Positions 56,181 through 64,000 of a stretch of DNA of 64,000 bases are shown here, piece by piece. Under the pieces are notes generated by a model. The model was not told the DNA's origin. It ran no database searches and saw only the letters and a list, made by a program, of their open reading frames with translations. Numbering within the stretch: position 1 is the first letter of the stretch; every line of letters starts with the position of its first letter. The stretch is taken from positions 32,001-96,000 of the forward strand of contig CAVQMO010000015.1 of assembly GCA_963713605.1 (NCBI GenBank), in the 5' to 3' direction. A program made the translations under genes and the position numbers. The stretch comes from an uncultured Nitrososphaerales archaeon (GTDB lineage Archaea; Thermoproteota; Nitrososphaeria; Nitrososphaerales; Nitrososphaeraceae).

Positions 56181-56418
56181 GCGCCCCTGATGGGAGTTAT
56201 ATCACTAGCGATGTTTAGCCTCCTCAAGCCTGAATTTGGAGATATACGATCTTTCTATCAGTCGTCTAAACTAGAGGTAAATCAGTATTCACTATCGACT
56301 TCGCGTTATTGGGAATAACGTGGCAAAGTGCAGGGATATATCATGCTTGATGCATCATAAATAGATAAATTAACGTAACGTATTGATACGACGATGATAC
56401 AGTCATCGGCGTTCTAAC

Positions 56419-58431
56419 ATGGATAAAGCACAATCAATAAGTACATTCCAAGTGACAAGGAATTTCCCCTTCTCACAGAAAAGACAAAGACAAGAACATA
56501 TTCTCAAGGAAATTTGTGATGCTTTTAATTCTGGTTATAAACGGATTATTCTTGAAGCACCTACTGGATTTGGGAAAAGTCCTCTAGCCGTCTCTTTCGC
56601 ACTTACTTTGGGATCAAGCTATATATGTACTTCAACGAAGGATTTGCAAAGCCAGTATGCTAACGATTTTTCATACTTAAAGGTAGTCAAGGGCAAACGT
56701 AACTTCCCCTGTTTGGTAAAGGAAGATTTCATAAGAGATGGTAAATATAGATGCAAAATCTGCCTCTCACCTATAGTATCACGTCAAAGTAGATCACTAG
56801 AAAAAGAAGATCTAGTTATTAGTGAGTGCAAACACACCACTGTCGAATACGGACCTTGCATGACTGATGAAACATTTAGAGACAATGGTTGCAAATACAG
56901 AACTTTTTCAAAGGATTATACTGTGGTCAAGAAAGGCACAAGAAACGAATCGGTATTCATTCCTCTAGTAAATATTAAGAATTATCAAAAAGACTATTCA
57001 CATTGGCTTCACCTAAAAAACTTCCAAGGAGATCCTTCAATTACAGACTGGCAAGCATGCCCATATTTTGATCAATTAAACATCGCTTTAAGTGCCAGTC
57101 ATTCCATATTCAACTATTCTAATTTTTTGGCACTACTTCCAAGCAAGAAAAATCTCCTTTCAAGAGAATTACTTGTACTAGATGAAGGACACTTGTTAGA
57201 GACTGAACTTGTAAAGTTTAGAGGATTAACAATTTCAAAGAGGGGATGGAAGAGATATACTTCTGATCTAAAAATCATTGACTTCGGTTTTGATGATATC
57301 AAAAGATGGATAAATTTTTTGATAGAACTTGAAACAAAAATGCTCAATCTACTTGGTAATAGCCCAGTGGCCGAATCCCTGGCCATTGAACGTAAAGTCA
57401 AGTATGGGTGGTCTACTGAAAAGAAAAAGAAATTGAACAAAAATACTAGAATAGTATCTTCATCGGACTTATTTGAAAGTGATGAACAAATTTCTAGACA
57501 ATATGAAGACCTTTCTGTTAGTATAAATAATACATTAACAGATGAGGTTGCTGCTGACGCCATTAGAGATACCGAAAGACTAACACGCACAATAAATAAT
57601 ATCATATCAGATCCGGAAAATTGGATAGTATCGGACATAATAAAAGAGAACTATGAAGTGGTAAAAGTTGAATTCAAACCATTAGATATATCAAAGTACT
57701 GTAAGGCTGTATTTGACAAATGCTCAAAGACTATCATTATGAGTGCTACAATTCTAAATTATGAAACCTTTTGCAGAAACATCGGGATCTCTCCTGATAG
57801 TGATGAAGTAAAATTCATACAGGTTCCATCAGACTTTCCAGTAGAAAATAGACCTATATATCCTATGAACGTAGCTTATCTCAATTACAATAATCTGCAA
57901 TTACAAGAAACTAAATCAGCTATTACAAATGCAGTTGATAATTTAATGACAATACACAATAAACATAAAGGAATAATCCACACTACGTCTTATGAGCAAC
58001 TCAATTTTATCAAAGATAATATTTCTAAGGAGAATGCTAGAAGACTCATTGTCACCGATCCAGAAATACAGAGAGATGAAGTCGTTCAGGAACACTTTTA
58101 CGCAAAAAAGCCTACAGTTCTAATTTCTCCTTCATTACACACTGGTTTAGACTTAAAAGAGGATTTATCGAGATTCCAAATAATAACCAAAGTTCCCTAT
58201 CCTAATAAAAGTGATAGATGGATAAACGCGAAAAGAAATAAAGTTCCCGATTGGTACTATTGGCAGACTGGTTTAAAACTTGTTCAGGCCTATGGTAGAT
58301 CTGTTAGGTCTAAAGACGATTGGGCAAGAACATACATTTTAGATTCAGCGTTCGAATATTTTCTAAGAAAGAACAGAGAAATCTTACCCGGCTGGTTCCT
58401 CAATGCAATCAAAAATCATAATCTGATCTAA
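56419..58431 (+). CDS. DinG/XPD (Rad3)-like SF2 helicase
   Basis: EAPTGFGKS, KGKRNFPC, CPYF, DEGH, MSAT, TGLD, KVPYP, QAYGRSVRSKDD. Confidence 0.9.
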   Translation: MDKAQSISTFQVTRNFPFSQKRQRQEHILKEICDAFNSGYKRIILEAPTGFGKSPLAVSFALTLGSSYICTSTKDLQSQYANDFSYLKVVKGKRNFPCLVKEDFIRDGKYRCKICLSPIVSRQSRSLEKEDLVISECKHTTVEYGPCMTDETFRDNGCKYRTFSKDYTVVKKGTRNESVFIPLVNIKNYQKDYSHWLHLKNFQGDPSITDWQACPYFDQLNIALSASHSIFNYSNFLALLPSKKNLLSRELLVLDEGHLLETELVKFRGLTISKRGWKRYTSDLKIIDFGFDDIKRWINFLIELETKMLNLLGNSPVAESLAIERKVKYGWSTEKKKKLNKNTRIVSSSDLFESDEQISRQYEDLSVSINNTLTDEVAADAIRDTERLTRTINNIISDPENWIVSDIIKENYEVVKVEFKPLDISKYCKAVFDKCSKTIIMSATILNYETFCRNIGISPDSDEVKFIQVPSDFPVENRPIYPMNVAYLNYNNLQLQETKSAITNAVDNLMTIHNKHKGIIHTTSYEQLNFIKDNISKENARRLIVTDPEIQRDEVVQEHFYAKKPTVLISPSLHTGLDLKEDLSRFQIITKVPYPNKSDRWINAKRNKVPDWYYWQTGLKLVQAYGRSVRSKDDWARTYILDSAFEYFLRKNREILPGWFLNAIKNHNLI

Positions 58432-58853
58432 TTTTGCTTTTCAAAGCCGGAAGTTTTGCAACTATATTCTTCCTGAGTGAGATCATCGTTCTGTTACATT
58501 TCAATTTCATAGACACATAACCAAGAGAAGATGATGTGTATGTACAAAATCAAACTATGGATTATGATTGTGATGGGTTATTATTGTTATTATTTTTTAT
58601 GAAGGAAAAATGATCGGACAGTTCAATACATAAAGGATAAAATAAGATGGTTTGATAAGCAGCATTTCCTTTGCACAAGTATTAATCTCGGAATCGAACA
58701 CTTAACAAGTCGAGCTTGTCCTTCGTGTTAACGGTCATATATAACACGCATAGCGACAATAAAGCTCATCAAATACAAATGATTTCTCAATAGATAGGGA
58801 CTTACTACAGATTTAACGCTAAAATAGGCCTTGTATTATTGAACTAATAGGAT

Positions 58854-59547
58854 ATGGCAGCGGCGACAACAACGGCAACAACTACAACTGAAACCACTAC
58901 AGCCTCTATTAAAGGTGAAATTCCAAACTGGAGAGTTACAGGTGATTGGTTTGACGTTTGTAAGTGCAACATACCATGTCCTTGTGAGTTTGCCCAAACT
59001 CCAACGTATGGCGACGGTATTTTAGCTTATAATATCAAAAAAGGCAATTATGGTGAAATTCACCTTGATGGCTTGAGTGTAATAGCCGTGGGTAGCTTCG
59101 AAGGTAATATCTGGGCAGGCGATGGCAAAACAAAAGTGGATCTTGCACTATTTTTTTGACGAGAAAGCAAATGAACAGCAAAGAGAAGCACTGAATATGA
59201 TTTTTAGTGGAAAGGCCGGTGGTTTTATGGCGGAGTTTGTAAAGCTTATTGGAGAAGTTCGGGGAATTGAATACGCTCCTATCAAGTTTGAGTTGGCAGA
59301 TGATTTATTCTATTGGAGTGCAGAGATACCCGGAAAAGTTTTTGCAAAAGCTGAGGCATTAACAGGCCCTACGACGCCGCCTGGTAAACGCGTTCAAACT
59401 ATTAACCCGCCTGGTAGTGAGGTAGGACCTGGAGGAGTTGCAACTTGGGGGATATCTCTTGCTGACGAAGTCGATACAATAGGCTTCAAATGGAAAAGAA
59501 AAGGTAGATCAAGTAAGCATATTCCATTTGATTGGAGCGGACCATGA
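58854..59547 (+). CDS. DUF1326 protein (frameshift in T7 run near 59150)
   Basis: GDWFDVCKCNIPCPC, DEKANEQQREAL..IFSG, FDWSGP. Confidence 0.85.
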
Positions 59548-59605
59548 AATCTACTAACTATATAAATGAACTTGAGTAATCAACTTACTACCCAATATTA
59601 GCATT

Positions 59606-60580
59606 ATGAAAACTTCTTCATCCATAAAAATTATTATTGTAGTTATATCAATCTCTATATTTACTTGGTTCGTATCGATATGGCAGTATGATACTATGAT
59701 GTCTTCTATAATGACATATTACTATAGTCCAGTAGCATTATCATTGTTTGCAATAATATGGACTGCGGGTATGGCTGCTATGATGTTCCCAGCTATAATA
59801 CCAATGATTCTTTTCTACAATAGACTCATTGATAGTAGTAAAGGCAACAAAGGTAATTTCCATTCTTATAATAGTAGTCAGGTGTTATATCATGGACAGA
59901 ATGATACCCACAGTGATACGGATAACAACAATAAAAATTATAATAGGATACCAAGTTCGGTAAATCAAGATCAAAATAAACATAGAAAGATCTACAATCT
60001 AAGCTATGTGTTCAGACCCAAGATTTATTATATGATGATTTTCATATTATCATATCTCGCAATCTGGGCAATAACTGGGATAGTACTGCTCATTGGATGG
60101 TCTTATGCCTTAGACATATTATTAGCACAATTGGGAATAAATGATATTCAACATCAGCAGGTACAACAGCAAAAGGAGCAACTATCGATAAATACTATAT
60201 ATGGAGTCCTGCTGATCATATCTGGGATCTATCAATTTAGCTCGCTAAAAGCCAAATGTCTTGGATATTGTGAATCTCCTCTTAGTTTCTTTATGAGGAG
60301 ATGGCGGAAGGGAGCAGTGGGAGCGGTGAAGATGGGAACATATCATGGCCTATATTGTCTCGGTTGTTGCTGGCCCTACTTTTTACTTATGGTAGCATTA
60401 GGATGGATGAATATTATCTGGATGGGTCTGTTTGCGGCCATCATCTTTGCTGAAAAGATTTGGGCTAAAGGCGGGCTCTGGATCGCTAGAATCACTGGTA
60501 TCTGCCTCATAACTATTGGAATTCTATCTTTGACTGGGATGATACTGCTTCCTTCTGATCCTATGAGTAGGTACTCGTGA
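59606..60580 (+). CDS. DUF2182 predicted metal-binding membrane protein
   Basis: MAAMMFP, YQFSSLKAKCLGYC, YCLGCCW, EK. Confidence 0.9.
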   Translation: MKTSSSIKIIIVVISISIFTWFVSIWQYDTMMSSIMTYYYSPVALSLFAIIWTAGMAAMMFPAIIPMILFYNRLIDSSKGNKGNFHSYNSSQVLYHGQNDTHSDTDNNNKNYNRIPSSVNQDQNKHRKIYNLSYVFRPKIYYMMIFILSYLAIWAITGIVLLIGWSYALDILLAQLGINDIQHQQVQQQKEQLSINTIYGVLLIISGIYQFSSLKAKCLGYCESPLSFFMRRWRKGAVGAVKMGTYHGLYCLGCCWPYFLLMVALGWMNIIWMGLFAAIIFAEKIWAKGGLWIARITGICLITIGILSLTGMILLPSDPMSRYS

Positions 60581-60827
60581 TAGTGGCATGATGTCAATGG
60601 ACAATTCAATGAATATGGATATGTCTTCCTCGCCGCCAGATAATACGTCATTTCATAACAAGACTGATGAAACTAGTTCAACTATGAATATGTAGACACG
60701 AATAATGTTCGTTATGGACGTTCTCTTGATTCTCAATACCAAAGAAGCTGAAATTCTATGTTGTATTGAGGTTCATGAAATTCACCAAAAACACTGTTAG
60801 AAGACAGTTCCACAGATTTTAGCAATA

Positions 60828-62408
60828 CTATTGAGTTTTTAAAGGAAGAGAAAATTGAAAAGTAGCACCTTGTCTGCCTTTGTTATTATATGCCCATATC
60901 TTGCCTTTGTGTGCTTCTATGATACTCTTTGAGATAAACAATCCTAATCCTGTACCCGTCTTGAAACTAGTGGCAAATCTTGTAAACAATCTTGGCATTA
61001 TTTCCAGATCTATTCCTCTTCCAGTATCTGTGATCGAAACAATCGCTACTGCATCAGGTGATATAGGACGACGACCAGTCTTGTAGCACTCATCACTATA
61101 GTTGATATCATTAGAGCCGTTATTATTTTCAATTTGATAATCAAAATATGTAGGATGTTGATAGCTGTGTAAACATCTCATCGATATTATTATCCCACCT
61201 ATTTTTCCACTATCTATTTCTGTTACATCATCAATTGATTTGATCGCATTATTAATTAAATTTGAAATAACCTGATAAATTCTTACCTTGTCAGCCTCGA
61301 TTTCAACTTTATTCTCAGATCCAAGTTTTAATTGTAAAGCATCTATTTCCATCTCATCTTCCTCAGCATTTGCAGCACCGGTTTGGTGAATGTGATATCT
61401 TAACTCTATCTTAGACCTGGCATGTTTTTGGTAATGATAATGATGTGCAAGTTGTTTTTCAAAATCAGAAACTGTATCATGTATTAATTTGTTAAGATCA
61501 AAAATCTCTTTTTTTAGCTTTAAATTATCATTCTCTATATTAGTTAAATCGAGTATGTTTTCTGCGAGCTTGTTGAGCTTTTCAGCATTTCTCATTATCG
61601 TGTCCAATGATTCTTCTTCCTTTCCTCTGAGCGATTCTTTTTCATTTTTTAAGAGATATGATAAACCCATTATGGGTTGGATTGGAGTACGCAATTCATG
61701 AGCAGCTACACTGATAAACTCCTTGTACTTCTTGTCTTGCATTATCAGTTTCTCATTTACTTTTTTTACTTGTTGATGTAGCCCAACTTGGGTCCATAAA
61801 TTCTCAAAAATAGAAATGTAAGGAAAAATCCTAGAGGAATCAGTACAATATGTCGATAAACCAGCCGCTGTTTCACATGACTCTTCGATGTCATCTTTTA
61901 GTTCTGTTACGAGTGAAATATTTTTATCAATTACTAGGATCGTTGCTCTAGTTCCTGAGATCTCTTGAATGAATCTGATCGATTCATCGCTACTATTATT
62001 CTCTTTATTGGTTTTCATTTTGTGAGTTGTCTCTAGAAAAAATGGTTTCTGTTCTACAAACTTCTCGATTAGTGGATGACGAGGTACCAAAACCTTTACT
62101 CTCACATTTCGGTGCCTCGTTACGTCAGTTAATGCCTTAATAGCTCCAATCTTTTCATGCCTAAGAAATGAATTAGCAGTAGGAAAAAAAAGTAAGATTT
62201 CCTCATTAGCTGAGGATATGCTATTCAGGCATAACTGTCGTGTTATAATAGGGTCCTTAATGCCTTCAATTATATTTAGTTTCTTACTGATTTCTATTTC
62301 AATATTTTCTTGTTTTGTCAGAGTTGAATCATCATTTCGAATATTAGGAATCTTTTGAAATTTAACATTATAACCGCTATTTGATGTCAAAGTACTTATC
62401 TTGTTCAT
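60828..62408 (-). CDS. Sensor histidine kinase (HisKA + HATPase)
   Basis: AAHELRTPIQP, NLINNAIK, DTGRGI, GTGLGL, GATFQFSLP. Confidence 0.95.
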   Translation of the reverse strand: MNKISTLTSNSGYNVKFQKIPNIRNDDSTLTKQENIEIEISKKLNIIEGIKDPIITRQLCLNSISSANEEILLFFPTANSFLRHEKIGAIKALTDVTRHRNVRVKVLVPRHPLIEKFVEQKPFFLETTHKMKTNKENNSSDESIRFIQEISGTRATILVIDKNISLVTELKDDIEESCETAAGLSTYCTDSSRIFPYISIFENLWTQVGLHQQVKKVNEKLIMQDKKYKEFISVAAHELRTPIQPIMGLSYLLKNEKESLRGKEEESLDTIMRNAEKLNKLAENILDLTNIENDNLKLKKEIFDLNKLIHDTVSDFEKQLAHHYHYQKHARSKIELRYHIHQTGAANAEEDEMEIDALQLKLGSENKVEIEADKVRIYQVISNLINNAIKSIDDVTEIDSGKIGGIIISMRCLHSYQHPTYFDYQIENNNGSNDINYSDECYKTGRRPISPDAVAIVSITDTGRGIDLEIMPRLFTRFATSFKTGTGLGLFISKSIIEAHKGKIWAYNNKGRQGATFQFSLPLKTQ

Positions 62409-63008
62409 TATGCAAAATATCTATCAAATAGTGCTATTTCGTTATCCAATTCCATTATCGTCGGTTCTTCTGTTTGATTCAGTTGATTAAACCCTTCAAG
62501 TATAAGAACCTGATTTTTTGTGCTCGTACTTGGAGGCGGGAGTTTCATCTGAGCTTGTTTAGCCATAACCATATTTTATTAAAAGTGGCTAATATAGCGC
62601 AGCTGCCCCTAGAGTGAGGGACAGGGGAGATGCTTGGACAATTACCATTTGTACTAAGATCTAGCCAATGCTAAAAAATTACAATATATACCTACAATAC
62701 TAATTAGCGTCCCATCTAAATGTGGAATGACAATCCCTATAGGCTCAAGGAGACCCCCCAACTATTTGATCAAATGTTTTCCCATTCATGATTTGTACAC
62801 AATAAAGTTCAGCCTAAATTTTTAGCAGTGATCTGGAAAAGAGGAAAATAGATATTCTGGAAGTCTGCATTGTTAGAGGTGCTTTGACAGTTCAGCAGGT
62901 AGAAGAGTAATATAAATAGAAGTTAAGAAGAACATGACAAATAATATGGCTAAAATTAGTTAGTTATGTGGATATATCACAATGAGCTGAATATTCCATC
63001 GGATATTT

Positions 63009-63533
63009 TATTCTAAGTATTAGCTAACATTAATAAAGATAAATCTATACGAATATTGTGGAAGATAATTATGATGCCTATCTTCGTCTATTTGATATAT
63101 CTCGAATCACTTCTATACCTTAAATGAATAAAACTGTACCGGTAATTTTAGCTGTAGTCATAATTACAGCAACGATAGGAGTTAGTGTATCCCTTGAACA
63201 AGCTTTTGCATCTTCTGCTGCATCGGCATCAGCAAGTGGCGGATCAGCGGCAGCAGCAGGCAGCGGCAGCAAGTGGCGGATCAGCGGCAGCAGCAGCAGC
63301 AGCGGCAGGCGATAGTTCGGCAGCAGCGGCAGCAAGTGGCGGATCAGCGGCAGCAGCGGCAGCAGCATCATCTGATGATGACGATGACGATCATCATCGA
63401 TACTGTGACTACGACGAAGATGATGATGACTGTGACGACGATGACGACGACTAAGGAGCAAACTGCCCTATCTTTTCTTTTTGGCTAACTTCCAATTAGC
63501 TAATGATGGTAAGTTAAAATATGATTTGAGATG
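63009..63533 (+). repeat. Direct duplicate of ~4700-5248 (promoter, poly-Ala gene, terminator)
   Basis: Shared TTCGTCTATTTGATATATCTCGAA..CTTCTATACCTTAAATG and TAAGGAGCAAAC. Confidence 0.85.
63124..63454 (+). CDS. Secreted poly-Ala/Ser protein with Asp tail, copy 2 (frameshift in GCA repeats)
   Basis: Paralog of 4815-5165. Confidence 0.7.
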
Positions 63534-63699
63534 GATAGGCCATTCTCGACCTGATTAATGCAATAAATTCTAGAAGGAAGTCAAACCTAAGATGTCGCTG
63601 TTTGACTATTTAATTTTAAAAGAACTTTAGTAGGTTTTTTGATAGATATACTTTTGATCCCTTACCAATTTTTATACTTCAAGAAATATTCTACTGGTT

Positions 63700-64000
63700 A
63701 TGAACAAATCTAATTCAACTGACGCAGGTGTTGTTTCACACCTTGTCTATAGAGTACCCAAAAAGAATCATGAGGCAATGTTGCGAATCTGCAAAGAGGC
63801 CTATGATATGTTCAAGCAATACGGTATTCTCCACTATGACGCCTTCAAGCTTAGTAATACAGATGTACCAATGGAAGGATTTGCCAATATTGCAAGTGTC
63901 ATTTCTGCTAATCAAGATGAGGAAGTTTGGATTGAGTCAATTTATTACAGAGATCGCCAACACATGAATGAAGTAATGGCAAAGATGGAAAAGGACGAAA
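63700..64000 (+). CDS. DUF1428 (YbaA-like) protein, runs off window
   Basis: Own translation: YRVPKKNHEAM..DEEVWIESIYYRDRQHMNEVMAKM. Confidence 0.75.
   Translation, partial: MNKSNSTDAGVVSHLVYRVPKKNHEAMLRICKEAYDMFKQYGILHYDAFKLSNTDVPMEGFANIASVISANQDEEVWIESIYYRDRQHMNEVMAKMEKDE

Noticed and set aside
57114..57638. Long antisense ORFs (also 5209, 18316, 13552, 15038)
   Set aside because: Overlap well-supported genes on the other strand or show no recognisable motif
56419..58431. DinG helicase as part of a type IV CRISPR or defence system
   Set aside because: Stand-alone, with no csf/cas genes or array nearby
62600..62760. GC-richer hairpins as possible tRNA or ncRNA (also 17151-17173, 12682-12706)
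   Set aside because: No cloverleaf or T-loop consensus; stems short enough to arise by chance
11332..63454. Programmed frameshifting or phase variation to explain the many split genes
   Set aside because: Single-base indels hit many unrelated genes, often in homopolymers; long-read consensus error is the simpler explanation

Overview
Low-GC archaeal DNA, most likely from a soil ammonia-oxidising archaeon (Nitrososphaerales). This is inferred from the gene families: thaumarchaeal-type sensor kinases, small wHTH paralogs, PQQ dehydrogenase, CopC/CopD, and FxLYD, CHRD and beta-helix secreted proteins. No rRNA, tRNA or CRISPR array was seen. The window is accessory genome with intact housekeeping-type genes (M28 peptidase, nitroreductase, SPFH, NmrA, arginase, AKR, DinG/XPD-like helicase, histidine kinase) among many gene remnants and short duplications. 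Numerous single-base frameshifts probably reflect long-read error in part. Main blocks: (i) a decayed tyrosine-integrase island (~26-38 kb) with ASCH, M48 remnants, an AlbA_2/Schlafen gene and a Dam-type MTase plus PD-(D/E)xK restriction nuclease; (ii) a cluster of small low-complexity secreted proteins (38.8-47 kb); (iii) a copper-acquisition cluster (47.4-56.2 kb). The best candidate for an undescribed system is in block iii. A 19-bp palindrome GTACATTCG-n-CGAATGTAC recurs 7 times in its intergenic DNA, often 8 nt upstream of a TATA-like box, next to a translationally coupled His-rich membrane protein plus wHTH regulator pair. All alignments and counts were done by eye.
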